Shown: in pieces, positions 24,141-39,100 of the stretch
Layout: each line of letters starts with the position of its first letter
How positions within the stretch are numbered: the first letter of the stretch is position 1
Source of the DNA: the human T2T-CHM13v2.0 reference genome, Homo sapiens
Length of the DNA stretch: 64,000 nt
Assembly (NCBI RefSeq): GCF_009914755.1
Contig: NC_060929.1
Direction: 5' to 3' (one strand)
The notes under the pieces: model-generated
The model's database searches: none
What the model saw: only the letters and a program-made list of their open reading frames with translations
What the model was told of the DNA's origin: nothing
Position numbers and translations under genes: made by a program

Positions 24141-27100
24141 GAAAATGAAATATCTTCGTATAAAAAGTACACAGAATCATTCTCAGAAACTACTTTCTGA
24201 TGTGTGCGTTCAACTCTCGGAGTTTAAACTTTCTTTTCATAGAGCAGTTTGGAACAGTGTGTTTGTAAAGTCTGCAAGTGGATATTCGGACCTCTTTGGC
24301 GCGTTAATTTGAAACGGGGTTTCTCCCTATAATGCTAGACAGAAGAATTCTCAGTAACTTGTTTGTGTTGTGTGTGTTCAACTCACAGAGTTGAACCTTC
24401 CTTTACACAGAGCAGATTTGAAACACTCTTTTTGTGGAATTTGCAAGTGGAGACTTCAAGCGCTTTGAGGCCAAAGGCAGAAATGGAAATATCTTCGTAT
24501 AAAAACTAGATAGATCATTCTCAGAAACTGCTTTGTGATGTGTGCGTTCAACTCACAGAGTTTCACTTCTCTTTTCGTACAGCTGTTTGCAAACACTCTG
24601 TTTGTAATGTCTGCAAGTGGATATTTTGACCTCTTTGAGGTCTTCGTTGGAAACGGGTTTTATTCATGTAAGGCTAGACAGAAGAATTCTCAGTAACTTC
24701 TTTGTATTGTGTGTATTCCACTGACAGAGTTGACCCTTCCTTTACACAGAGCACATTTGAACCACTCTTTTTGTGGAATTTGCAAGTGGAGATTTCAGAC
24801 GCATTGAGGTCAATGGTAGAAAAGGAAATATCTTCGTATAAAAACTAGACAGAATGATTCTCAGAACCTGCTTCGTGATGTGTGTGTTCAGTTCAAAGAG
24901 TTTTACCTTACTTTTCATAGAGCTGTTAGGGAACACTCTGTTTGAACAGTCTGAAAGTGGATATTCCGATCTCTTTGAGGCCTTTGTTGGAAAAGGGATT
25001 TCTTCATATAATGCTAGACAGAGGAATTCTCAGTAACTTCTCTGTGTTGTGTGTATTCAAATCACAGAGTTGAACGTTCCTTTAGACAGAGCAGACTTGA
25101 AACACTCTTTTTGTGGAATTTGCAATAGGAAATTTCAAGCGCTTTGAGGCCAAAGGCAGAAGAGGAAATATCTTCGTATAAAAACAAGTCAGAATCATTC
25201 TCAGAAACTGCTTAATCATGTGTGCGTTCGACTCACGGAGTTTAACCTACCTTTTCATACAGCAGTTTGGAAACACTCTGTTTGTAAAGTCTGCACGTGG
25301 ATATTTGGACATCTTTGAGGCCTTCGTTGGAAACGGGTTTTATTCATGTAAGGCTAGACAGAAGATTTCTCAGTAACTTCTTTCTGTTGTGTGTATTCAA
25401 CTGACAGAGTTGACCCTTCTTTTAGGTAGAGCAGATTTCAAACACTCTTTTTGTGGAATTTGCAAGTGGAGATTTCAGACGCTTTGAGGTCAATGGTAGA
25501 AAAGGACATTTCTTCGTATAAAAACTTGACAGAATGATTCTCAGAAACTGCTTTGTGATGTATGCGTTCAATTCAAAGAGTTCTACCTTTCTTTTCATAG
25601 AGCACTTAGGAAACACTCTGTTTGTAAAGACTGCAAGTGGATATTCGGACCTCTATGAGGCCTTCTTTGGAAAAGGGATTTCTTCATATAATGCTAGACA
25701 GAGGAATTCTTCGTAACTTCTTTGTATTGTGTGTATTCAACTCACAGAGTTGAACCTTCTTTTAGATAGAGCAGATTTGAAACACACTTTCTGTGGAATT
25801 TCCAATTGGAGATTTCAAGCGCTTCGGGGCCAATGGTAGAAAAGGAAAAATCTTCACATAAAAACTAGACAAAATCATTCCCAGAAACTGTGTAGTGATG
25901 TGTATGTTTAACTCACAGAGTTTATCCTTTCTTTTCATAGAGCAGTTGGGAAACACTCTGTTTGAAAAGTCTGCATGTGGATATTTGGACCGCCATGAGG
26001 CGTTCTTTGGAAATGGTATTTCTTCATTTAAGGCTACACAGAAGAATTCTCAGTAACTTCTTTGTGTTGTGTGTATTCCGCTCACAGAGTTGAACCTTCT
26101 TTTAGATAGAGCAGATTTGAAAGACACTTTTTGGGGAATTTGCAAGTGGGGATTTCAAGCGCTTTGAGGCCAACGGTAGAAAAGGAAATATCTTCGAATA
26201 AAAAGTAGACAGAATCATTCCCAGAAACTGCGTTTTGATGTGTGCGTTCACGTAACAGAGTTTAACCTTCCTTTTCATAGAGCAGTTGGGAAACGCTATG
26301 TTTGTAAAGTCTGCAAGTGGATATTGGGAACTCTTTGAGGCCTTCATTGGGAATGGGGTTTCTTCATATAATGCTAGACAGAAGATTTCCCAGTAACTTC
26401 TTCCTGTTGTGTGTATTCAACTGACAACAGATGAACCTTCCTTTAGAGAGAGCAGATTTGAAACACTCTTTTTGTGGAAGTTGCAAGTGGAGATTTCAGC
26501 CGCTTTAACGTCAATGGTAGAAAAGGAAATATCTTCGCATAAAAACAAGACAGAATCATTTTCAGAAACTGCTTTGTGATGTGTGCATTCAACTCACAGA
26601 GTTTAACCTTTGTTTTCATAGAGCCGTTTGGAAACACACAGTTTGTCAAATCTGTAAGTCGATATTCGGAACTATTTGAGGCCTTCGTTGGAAACGGGAT
26701 TTCTTCATATAATGCTAGAAAGAAGAATTCTCAGTAACTTCCTTGTGTTGTGTGTAATCAACTCACAGAATAGAACGTTCCTTTAGATAGAGCAGATTTG
26801 AAACACTCTTTTTGTGGAAGTTGCACGTGGAGATTTCAAGCGCTTTGTGGCCAGTGGTAGAAAATGAAATATCTTCGTATAAAAAGTACACAGAATCATT
26901 CTCAGAAACTACTTTCTGATGTGTGCGTTCAACTCTCGGAGTTTAAACTTTCTTTTCATAGAGCAGTTTGGAAACAGTGTGTTTGTAAAGTCTGCAAGTG
27001 GATATTCGGACCTCTTTGGCGCCTTAATTTGAAACGGGGTTTCTCCATATAATGCTAGACAGAAGAATTCTCAGTAACTTGTTTGTGTTGTGTGTGTTCA

Positions 27101-30100
27101 ACTCACAGAGTTGAACCTTCCTTTAGACAGAGCAGATTTGAAACACTCTTTTTGTGGAATTTGCAAGTGGAGATTTCAAGCGCTTTGAGGCCAAAGGCAG
27201 AAAAGGAAATATCTTCGTATAAAAACTAGATAGATCATTCTCAGAAACTGCTTTGTGATGTGTGCGTTCAACTCACAGAGTTTCACTTATCTTTTCGTAC
27301 AGCAGTTTGGAAACACTCTGTTTGTAATGTCTGCAAGTGGATATTTTGACCTCTTTGAGGTCTTCGTTGGAAACGGGTTTTATTCATGTAAGGCTAGACA
27401 GAAGAATTCTCAGTAACTTCTTTGTATTGTGTGTATTCCACTGACAGAGTTGACCCTTCCTTTAGACAGAGCACATTTGAACCACTCTTTTTGTGGAATT
27501 TGCAAGTGGAGATTTCAGACGCATTGAGGTCAATGGTAGAAAAGGAAATATCTTCGTATAAAAACTAGACAGAATGATTCTCAGAACCTGCTTCGTGATG
27601 TGTGTGTTCAGTTCAAAGAGTTTTACCTTTCTTTTCATAGAGCAGTTAGGAAACACTCTGTTTGAACAGTCTGAAAGTGGATATTCCGATCTCTTTGAGG
27701 CCTTTGTTGGAAAAGGGATTTCTTCATATAATGCTAGACAGAGGAATTCTCAGTAACTTCTCTGTGTTGTGTGTATTCAAATCACAGAGTTGAACGTTCC
27801 TTTAGACAGAGCAGACTTGAAACACTCTTTTTGTGGAATTTGCAATAGGAAATTTCAAGCACTTTGAGGCCAAAGGCAGAAGAGGAAATATCTTCGTATA
27901 AAAGCAAGTCAGAATCATTCTCAGAAACTGCTTAATCATGTGTGCGTTCGACTCACGGAGTTTAACCTACCTTTTCATACAGCAGTTTGGAAACACTCTG
28001 TTTGTAAAGTCTGCACGTGGATATTTGGACATCTTTGAGGCCTTCGTTGGAAACGGGTTTTATTCATGTAAGGCTAGACAGAAGATTTCTCAGTAACTTC
28101 TTTGTGTTGTGTGTATTCAACTGACAGAGTTGACCCTTCTTTTAGGTAGAGCAGATTTGAGACACTCTTTTTGTGGAATTTGCAAGTGGAGATTTCAGAC
28201 GCTTTGAGGTCAATGGTAGAAAAGGACATTTCTTCGTATAAAAACTTGACAGAATGATTCTCAGAAACTGCTTTGTGATGTATGCGTTCAATTCAAAGAG
28301 TTCTACCTTTCTTTTCATAGAGCACTTAGGAAACACTCTGTTTGTAAAGACTGCAAGTGGATATTCGGACCTCTATGAGGCCTTCTTTGGAAAAGGGATT
28401 TCTTCATATAATGCTAGACAGAGGAATTCTTCGTAACTTCTTTGTATTGTGTGTATTCAACTCACAGAGTTGAACCTTCTTTTAGATAGAGCAGATTTGA
28501 AACACACTTTCTGTGGAATTTCCAATTGGAGATTTCAAGCGCTTCAGGGCCAATGGTAGAAAAGGAAAAATCTTCACATAAAAACTAGACAAAATCATTC
28601 CCAGAAACTGTGTAGTGATGTGTATGTTTAACTCACAGAGTTTATCCTTTCTTTTCATAGAGCAGTTGGGAAACACTCTGTTTGAAAAGTCTGCATGTGG
28701 ATATTTGGACCGCCATGAGGCGTTCTTTGGAAATGGTATTTCTTCATTTAAGGCTACACAGAAGAATTCTCAGTAACTTCCTTGTGTTGTGTGTATTCAG
28801 CTCACAGAGTTGAACCTTCTTTTAGATAGAGCAGATTTGAAAGACACTTTTTGGGGAATTTGCAAGTGGGGATTTCAAGCGCTTTGAGGCCAACGGTAGA
28901 AAAGGAAATATCTTCGAATAAAAAGTAGACAGAATCATTCCCAGAAACTGCGTTTTGATGTGTGCGTTCACCTAACAGAGTTTAACCTTCCTTTTCATAG
29001 AGCAGTTGGGAAACGCTATGTTTGTAAAGTCTGCAAGTGGATATTGGGAACTCTTTGAGGCCTTCTTTGGGAATGGGGTTTCTTCATATAATGCTAGACA
29101 GAAGATTTCCCAGTAACTTCTTCCTGTTGTGTGTATTCAACTGACAACAGATGAACCTTCCTTTAGAGAGAGCAGATTTGAAACACTCTTTTTGTGGAAT
29201 TTGCAAGTGGAGATTTCAGCCGCTTTAACGTCAATGGTAGAAAAGGAAATATCTTCGCATAAAAGCAAGACAGAATCATTTTCAGAAACTGCTTTGTGAT
29301 GTGTGCATTGAACTCACAGAGTTTAACCTTTGTTTTCATAGAGCCGTTTGGAAACACACAGTTTGTCAAATCTGTAAGTCGATATTCGGACCTATTTGAG
29401 GCCTTCGTTGGAAACGGGATTTCTTCATATAATGCTAGAAAGAAGAATTCTCAGTAACTTCCTTGTGTTGTGTGTAATCAACACACAGAATAGAACGTTC
29501 CTTTAGATAGAGCAGATTTGAAACACTCTTTTTGTGGAAGTTGCACGTGGAGATTTCAAGCGCTTTGTGACCAGTGGTAGAAAATGAAATATCTTCGTAT
29601 AAAAAGTACACAGAATCATTCTCAGAAACTACTTTCTGATGTGTGCGTTCAACTCTCGGAGTTTAAACTTTCTTTTCATAGAGCAGTTTGGAAACAGTGT
29701 GTTTGTAAAGTCTGCAAGTGGATATTCGGACCTCTTTGGCGCCTTATTTTGAAACGGGGTTTCTCCATATAATGCTAGACAGAAGACTTCTCAGTAACTT
29801 GTTTGTGTTGTGTGTGTTCAACTCACAGAGTTGAACCTTCCTTTAGACAGAGCAGATTTGAAACACTCTTTTTGTGGAATTTGCAAGTGGAGATTTCAAG
29901 CGCTTTGAGGCCAAAGGCAGAAAAGGAAATATCTTCGTATAAAAACTAGATAGATCATTCTCAGAAACTGCTTTGTGATGTGTGCGTTCAACTCACAGAG
30001 TTTCACTTATCTTTTCGTACAGCAGTTTGGAAACACTCTGTTTGTAATGTCTGCAAGTGGATATTTTGACCTCTTTGAGGTCTTCGTTGGAAACGGGTTT

Positions 30101-33100
30101 TATTCATGTAAGGCTAGACAGAAGAATTCTCAGTAACTTCTTTGTATTGTGTGTATTCCACTGACAGAGTTGACCCTTCCTTTAGACAGAGCACATTTGA
30201 ACCACTCTTTTTGTGGAATTTGCAAGTGGAGATTTCAGACGCATTGAGGTCAATGGTAGAAAAGGAAATATCTTCGTATAAAAACTAGACAGAATGATTC
30301 TCAGAACCTGCTTCGTGATGTGTGTGTTCAGTTCAAAGAGTTTTACCTTTCTTTTCATAGAGCAGTTAGGAAACACTCTGTTTGAACAGTCTGAAAGTGG
30401 ATATTCCGATCTCTTTGAGGCCTTTGTTGGAAAAGGGATTTCTTCATATAATGCTAGACAGAGGAATTCTCAGTAACTTCTCTGTGTTGTGTGTATTCAA
30501 ATCACAGAGTTGAACGTTCCTTTAGACAGAGCAGACTTGAAACACTCTTTTTGTGGAATTTGCAATAGGAAATTTCAAGCACTTTGAGGCCAAAGGCAGA
30601 AGAGGAAATATCTTCGTATAAAAGCAAGTCAGAATCATTCTCAGAAACTGCTTAATCATGTGTGCGTTCGACTCACGGAGTTTAACCTACCTTTTCATAC
30701 AGCAGTTTGGAAACACTCTGTTTGTAAAGTCTGCACGTGGATATTTGGACATCTTTGAGGCCTTCGTTGGAAACGGGTTTTATTCATGTAAGGCTAGACA
30801 GAAGATTTCTCAGTAACTTCTTTGTGTTGTGTGTATTCAACTGACAGAGTTGACCCTTCTTTTAGGTAGAGCAGATTTGAGACACTCTTTTTGTGGAATT
30901 TGCAAGTGGAGATTTCAGACGCTTTGAGGTCAATGGTAGAAAAGGACATTTCTTCGTATAAAAACTTGACAGAATGATTCTCAGAAACTGCTTTGTGATG
31001 TATGCGTTCAATTCAAAGAGTTCTACCTTTCTTTTCATAGAGCACTTAGGAAACACTCTGTTTGTAAAGACTGCAAGTGGATATTCGGACCTCTATGAGG
31101 CCTTCTTTGGAAAAGGGATTTCTTCATATAATGCTAGACAGAGGAATTCTTCGTAACTTCTTTGTATTGTGTGTATTCAACTCACAGAGTTGAACCTTCT
31201 TTTAGATAGAGCAGATTTGAAACACACTTTCTGTGGAATTTCCAATTGGAGATTTCAAGCGCTTCAGGGCCAATGGTAGAAAAGGAAAAATCTTCACATA
31301 AAAACTAGACAAAATCATTCCCAGAAACTGTGTAGTGATGTGTATGTTTAACTCACAGAGTTTATCCTTTCTTTTCATAGAGCAGTTGGGAAACACTCTG
31401 TTTGAAAAGTCTGCATGTGGATATTTGGACCGCCATGAGGCGTTCTTTGGAAATGGTATTTCTTCATTTAAGGCTACACAGAAGAATTCTCAGTAACTTC
31501 CTCGTGTTGTGTGTATTCAGCTCACAGAGTTGAACCTTCTTTTAGATAGAGCAGATTTGAAAGACACTTTTTGGGGAATTTGCAAGTGGGGATTTCAAGC
31601 GCTTTGAGGCCAACGGTAGAAAAGGAAATATCTTCGAATAAAAAGTAGACAGAATCATTCCCAGAAACTGCGTTTTGATGTGTGCGTTCACCTAACAGAG
31701 TTTAACCTTCCTTTTCATAGAGCAGTTGGGAAACGCTATGTTTGTAAAGTCTGCAAGTGGATATTGGGAACTCTTTGAGGCCTTCATTGGGAATGGGGTT
31801 TCTTCATATAATGCTAGACAGAAGATTTCCCAGTAACTTCTTCCTGTTGTGTGTATTCAACTGACAACAGATGAACCTTCCTTTAGAGAGAGCAGATTTG
31901 AAACACTCTTTTTGTGGAATTTGCAAGTGGAGATTTCAGCCGCTTTAACGTCAATGGTAGAAAAGGAAATATCTTCGCATAAAAGCAAGACAGAATCATT
32001 TTCAGAAACTGCTTTGTGATGTGTGCATTCAACTCACAGAGTTTAACCTTTGTTTTCATAGAGCCGTTTGGAAACACACAGTTTGTCAAATCTGTAAGTC
32101 GATATTCGGACCTATTTGAGGCCTTCGTTGGAAACGGGATTTCTTCATATAATGCTAGAAAGAAGAATTCTCAGTAACTTCCTTGTGTTGTGTGTAATCA
32201 ACACACAGAATAGAACGTTCCTTTAGATAGAGCAGATTTGAAACACTCTTTTTGTGGAAGTTGCACGTGGAGATTTCAAGCGCTTTGTGACCAGTGGTAG
32301 AAAATGAAATATCTTCGTATAAAAAGTACACAGAATCATTCTCAGAAACTACTTTCTGATGTGTGCGTTCAACTCTCGGAGTTTAAACTTTCTTTTCATA
32401 GAGCAGTTTGGAAACAGTGTGTTTGTAAAGTCTGCAAGTGGATATTCGGACCTCTTTGGCGCCTTATTTTGAAACGGGGTTTCTCCATATAATGCTAGAC
32501 AGAAGACTTCTCAGTAACTTGTTTGTGTTGTGTGTGTTCAACTCACAGAGTTGAACCTTCCTTTAGACAGAGCAGATTTGAAACACTCTTTTTGTGGAAT
32601 TTGCAAGTGGAGATTTCAAGCGCTTTGAGGCCAAAGGCAGAAAAGGAAATATCTTCGTATAAAAACTAGATAGATCATTCTCAGAAACTGCTTTGTGATG
32701 TGTGCGTTCAACTCACAGAGTTTCACTTATCTTTTCGTACAGCAGCTTGGAAACACTCTGTTTGTAATGTCTGCAAGTGGATATTTTGACCTCTTTTAGG
32801 TCTTCGTTGGAAACGGGTTTTATTCATGTAAGGCTAGACAGAAGAATTCTCAGTAACTTCTTTGTATTGTGTGTATTCCACTGACAGAGTTGACCCTTCC
32901 TTTAGACAGAGCACATTTGAACCACTCTTTTTGTGGAATTTGCAAGTGGAGATTTCAGACGCATTGAGGTCAATGGTAGAAAAGGAAATATCTTCGTATA
33001 AAAACTAGACAGAATGATTCTCAGAACCTGCTTCGTGATGTGTGTGTTCAGTTCAAAGAGTTTTACCTTTCTTTTCATAGAGCAGTTAGGAAACACTCTG

Positions 33101-36100
33101 TTTGAACAGTCTGAAAGTGGATATTCCGATCTCTTTGAGGCCTTTGTTGGAAAAGGGATTTCTTCATATAATGCTAGACAGAGGAATTCTCAGTAACTTC
33201 TCTGTGTTGTGTGTATTCAAATCACAGAGTTGAACGTTCCTTTAGACAGAGCAGACTTGAAACACTCTTTTTGTGGAATTTGCAATAGGAAATTTCAAGC
33301 GCTTTGAGGCCAAAGGCAGAAGAGGAAATATCTTCGTATAAAAACAAGTCAGAATCATTCTCAGAAACTGCTTAATCATGTGTGCGTTCGACTCACGGAG
33401 TTTAACCTACCTTTTCATACAGCAGTTTGGAAACACTCTGTTTGTAAAGTCTGCACGTGGATATTTGGACATCTTTGAGGCCTTCGTTGGAAACGGGTTT
33501 TATTCATGTAAGGCTAGACAGAAGATTTCTCAGTAACTTCTTTGTGTTGTGTGTATTCAACTGACAGAGTTGACCCTTCTTTTAGGTAGAGCAGATTTGA
33601 GACACTCTTTTTGTGGAATTTGCAAGTGGAGATTTCAGACGCTTTGAGGTCAATGGTAGAAAAGGACATTTCTTCGTATAAAAACTTGACAGAATGATTC
33701 TCAGAAACTGCTTTGTGATGTATGCGTTCAATTCAAAGAGTTCTACCTTTCTTTTCATAGAGCACTTAGGAAACACTCTGTTTGTAAAGACTGCAAGTGG
33801 ATATTCGGACCTCTATGAGGCCTTCTTTGGAAAAGGGATTTCTTCATATAATGCTAGACAGAGGAATTCTTCGTAACTTCTTTGTATTGTGTGTATTCAA
33901 CTCACAGAGTTGAACCTTCTTTTAGATAGAGCAGATTTGAAACACACTTTCTGTGGAATTTCCAATTGGAGATTTCAAGTGCTTCGGGGCCAATGGTAGA
34001 AAAGGTAAAATCTTCACATAAAAACTAGACAAACTCATTCCCAGAAACTGTGTAGTGATGTGTATGTTTAACTCACAGAGTTTATCCTTTCTTTTCATAG
34101 AGCAGTTGGGAAACACTCTGTTTGAAAAGTCTGCATGTGGATATTTGGACCGCCATGAGGCGTTCTTTGGAAATGGTATTTCTTCATTTAAGGCTACACA
34201 GAAGAATTCTCAGTAACTTCCTTGTGTTGTGTGTATTCAGCTCACAGAGTTGAACCTTCTTTTAGATAGAGCAGATTTGAAAGACACTTTTTGGGGAATT
34301 TGCAAGTGGGGATTTCAAGCGCTTTGAGGCCAACGGTAGAAAAGGAAATATCTTCGAATAAAAAGTAGACAGAATCATTCCCAGAAACTGCGTTTTGATG
34401 TGTGCGTTCACCTAACAGAGTTTAACCTTCCTTTTCATAGAGCAGTTGGGAAACGCTATGTTTGTAAAGTCTGCAAGTGGATATTGGGAACTCTTTGAGG
34501 CCTTCATTGGGAATGGGGTTTCTTCATATAATGCTAGACAGAAGATTTCCCAGTAACTTCTTCCTGTTGTGTGTATTCAACTGACAACAGATGAACCTTC
34601 CTTTAGAGAGAGCAGATTTGAAACACTCTTTTTGTGGAAGTTGCAAGTGGAGATTTCAGCCGCTTTAACGTCAATGGTAGAAAAGGAAATATCTTCGCAT
34701 AAAAACAAGACAGAATCATTTTCAGAAACTGCTTTGTGATGTGTGCATTCAACTCACAGAGTTTAACCTTTGTTTTCATAGAGCCGTTTGGAAACACACA
34801 GTTTGTCAAATCTGTAAGTCGATATTCGGACCTATTTGAGGCCTTCGTTGGAAACGGGATTTCTTCATATAATGCTAGAAAGAATTCTCAGTAACTTCCT
34901 TGTGTTGTGTGTAATCAACTCACAGAATAGAACGTTCCTTTAGATAGAGCAGATTTGAAACACTCTTTTTGTGGAAGTTGCACGTGGAGATTTCAAGCGC
35001 TTTGTGACCAGTGGTAGAAAATGAAATATCTTCGTATAAAAAGTACACAGAATCATTCTCAGAAACTACTTTCTGATGTGTGCGTTCAACTCTCGGAGTT
35101 TAAACTTTCTTTTCATAGAGCAGTTTGGAAACAGTGTGTTTGTAAAGTCTGCAAGTGGATATTCGGACCTCTTTGGCGCCTTATTTTGAAACGGGGTTTC
35201 TCCATATAATGCTAGACAGAAGAATTCTCAGTAACTTGTTTGTGTTGTGTGTGTTCAACTCACAGAGTTGAACCTTCCTTTAGACAGAGCAGATTTGAAA
35301 CACTCTTTTTGTGGAATTTGCAAGTGGAGATTTCAAGCGCTTTGAGGCCAAAGGCAGAAAAGGAAATATCTTCGTATAAAAACTAGATAGATCATTCTCA
35401 GAAACTGCTTTGTGATGTGTGCGTTCAACTCACAGAGTTTCACTTATCTTTTCGTACAGCAGCTTGGAAACACTCTGTTTGTAATGTCTGTAAGTGGATA
35501 TTTTGACCTCTTTTAGGTCTTCGTTGGAAACGGGTTTTATTCATGTAAGGCTAGACAGAAGAATTCTCAGTAACTTCTTTGTATTGTGTGTATTCCACTG
35601 ACAGAGTTGACCCTTCCTTTAGACAGAGCACATTTGAACCACTCTTTTTGTGGAATTTGCAAGTGGAGATTTCAGACGCATTGAGGTCAATGGTAGAAAA
35701 GGAAATATCTTCGTATAAAAACTAGACAGAATGATTCTCAGAACCTGCTTCGTGATGTGTGTGTTCAGTTCAAAGAGTTTTACCTTTCTTTTCATAGAGC
35801 AGTTAGGAAACACTCTGTTTGAACAGTCTGAAAGTGGATATTCCGATCTCTTTGAGGCCTTTGTTGGAAAAGGGATTTCTTCATATAATGCTAGACAGAG
35901 GAATTCTCAGTAACTTCTCTGTGTTGTGTGTATTCAAATCACAGAGTTGAACGTTCCTTTAGACAGAGCAGACTTGAAACACTCTTTTTGTGGAATTTGC
36001 AATAGGAAATTTCAAGCACTTTGAGGCCAAAGGCAGAAGAGGAAATATCTTCGTATAAAAGCAAGTCAGAATCATTCTCAGAAACTGCTTAATCATGTGT

Positions 36101-39100
36101 GCGTTCGACTCACGGAGTTTAACCTACCTTTTCATACAGCAGTTTGGAAACACTCTGTTTGTAAAGTCTGCACGTGGATATTTGGACATCTTTGAGGCCT
36201 TCGTTGGAAACGGGTTTTATTCATGTAAGGCTAGACAGAAGATTTCTCAGTAACTTCTTTGTGTTGTGTGTATTCAACTGACAGAGTTGACCCTTCTTTT
36301 AGGTAGAGCAGATTTGAGACACTCTTTTTGTGGAATTTGCAAGTGGAGATTTCAGACGCTTTGAGGTCAATGGTAGAAAAGGACATTTCTTCGTATAAAA
36401 ACTTGACAGAATGATTCTCAGAAACTGCTTTGTGATGTATGCGTTCAATTCAAAGAGTTCTACCTTTCTTTTCATAGAGCACTTAGGAAACACTCTGTTT
36501 GTAAAGACTGCAAGTGGATATTCGGACCTCTATGAGGCCTTCTTTGGAAAAGGGATTTCTTCATATAATGCTAGACAGAGGAATTCTTCGTAACTTCTTT
36601 GTATTGTGTGTATTCAACTCACAGAGTTGAACCTTCTTTTAGATAGAGCAGATTTGAAACACACTTTCTGTGGAATTTCCAATTGGAGATTTCAAGCGCT
36701 TCGGGGCCAATGGTAGAAAAGGAAAAATCTTCACAAAAAAACTAGACAAAATCATTCCCAGAAACTGTGTAGTGATGTGTATGTTTAACTCACAGAGTTT
36801 ATCCTTTCTTTTCATAGAGCAGTTGGGAAACACTCTGTTTGAAAAGTCTGCATGTGGATATTTGGACCGCCATGAGGCGTTCTTTGGAAATGGTATTTCT
36901 TCATTTAAGGCTACACAGAAGAATTCTCAGTAACTTCCTTGTGTTGTGTGTATTCAGCTCACAGAGTTGAACCTTCTTTTAGATAGAGCAGATTTGAAAG
37001 ACACTTTTTGGGGAATTTGCAAGTGGGGATTTCAAGCGCTTTGAGGCCAACGGTAGAAAAGGAAATATCTTCGAATAAAAAGTAGACAGAATCATTCCCA
37101 GAAACTGCGTTTTGATGTGTGCGTTCACCTAACAGAGTTTAACCTTCCTTTTCATAGAGCAGTTGGGAAACGCTATGTTTGTAAAGTCTGCAAGTGGATA
37201 TTGGGAACTCTTTGAGGCCTTCATTGGGAATGGGGTTTCTTCATATAATGCTAGACAGAAGATTTCCCAGTAACTTCTTCCTGTTGTGTGTATTCAACTG
37301 ACAACAGATGAACCTTCCTTTAGAGAGAGCATATTTGAAACACTCTTTTTGTGGAAGTTGCAAGTGGAGATTTCAGCCGCTTTAACGTCAATGGTAGAAA
37401 AGGAAATATCTTCGCATAAAAACAAGACAGAATCATTTTCAGAAACTGCTTTGTGATGTGTGCATTCAACTCACAGAGTTTAACCTTTGTTTTCCTAGAG
37501 CCGTTTGGAAACACACAGTTTGTCAAATCTGTAAGTCGATATTCGGACCTATTTGAGGCCTTCGTTGGAAACGGGATTTCTTCATATAATGCTAGAAAGA
37601 AGAATTCTCAGTAACTTCCTTGTGTTCTGTGTAATCAACTCACAGAATAGAACGTTCCTTTAGATAGAGCAGATTTGAAACACTCTTTTTGTGGAAGTTG
37701 CACGTGGAGATTTCAAGCGCTTTGTGGCCAGTGGTAGAAAATGAAATATCTTCGTATAAAAAGTACACAGAATCATTCTCAGAAACTACTTTCTGATGTG
37801 TGCGTTCAACTCTCGGAGTTTAAACTTTCTTTTCATAGAGCAGTTTGGAAACAGTGTGTTTGTAAAGTCTGCAAGTGGATATTCGGACCTCTTTGGCGCC
37901 TTATTTTGAAACGGGGTTTCTCCATATAATGCTAGACAGAAGAATTCTCAGTAACTTGTTTGTGTTGTGTGTGTTCAACTCACAGAGTTCAACCTTCCTT
38001 TAGACAGAGCAGATTTGAAACACTCTTTTTGTGGAATTTGCAAGTGGAGATTTCAAGCGCTTTGAGGCCAAAGGCAGAAGAGGAAATATCTTCGTATAAA
38101 AACTAGATAGATCATTCTCAGAAACTGCTTTGTGATGTGTGCGTTCAACTCACAGAGTTTCACTTATCTTTTCGTACAGCAGTTTGGAGACACTCTGTTT
38201 GTAATGTCTGCAAGTGGATATTTTGACCTCTTTGAGGTCTTCGTTGGAAACGGGTTTTATTCATGTAAGGCTAGACAGAAGAATTCTCAGTAACTTCTTT
38301 GTATTGTGTGTATTCCACTGACAGAGTTGACCCTTTCTTTAGACAGAGCACATTTGAACCACTCTTTTTGTGGAATTTGCAAGTGGAGATTTCAGACGCA
38401 TTGAGGTCAATGGTAGAAAAGGAAATATCTTCGTATAAAAACTACACAGAATGATTCTCAGAACCTGCTTCGTCATGTGTGTGTTCAGTTCAAAGAGTTT
38501 TACCTTTCTTTTCATAGAGCAGTTAGGAAACACTCTGTTTGAAAAGTCTGAAAGTGGATATTCCGATCTCTTTGAGGCCTTCGTTGGAAAAGGGATTTCT
38601 TCATATAATGCTAGACAGAGGAATTCTCAGTAACTTCTCTGTGTTGTGTGTATTCAAATCACAGAGTTGAACGTTCCTTTAGACAGAACAGACTTGAAAC
38701 ACTCTTTTTGTGGAATTTGCAATAGGAAATTTCAAGCGCTTTGAGGCCAAAGGCAGAAGAGGAAATATCTTCGTATAAAAACAAGTCAGAATCATTCTCA
38801 GAAACTGCTTAATCATGTGTGCGTTCGACTCACGGAGTTTAACCTACCTTTTCATACAGCAGTTTGGAAACACTCTGTTTGTAAAGTCTGCACGTGGATA
38901 TTTGGACATCTTTGAGGCCTTCGTTGGAAACGGGTTTTATTCATGTAAGGCTAGACAGAAGATTTCTCAGTAACTTCTTTGTGTTGTGTGTATTCAACTG
39001 ACAGAGTTGACCCTTCTTTTAGGTAGAGCAGATTTGAGACACTCTTTTTGTGGAATTTGCAAGTGGAGATTTCAGACGCTTTGAGGTCAATGGTAGAAAA

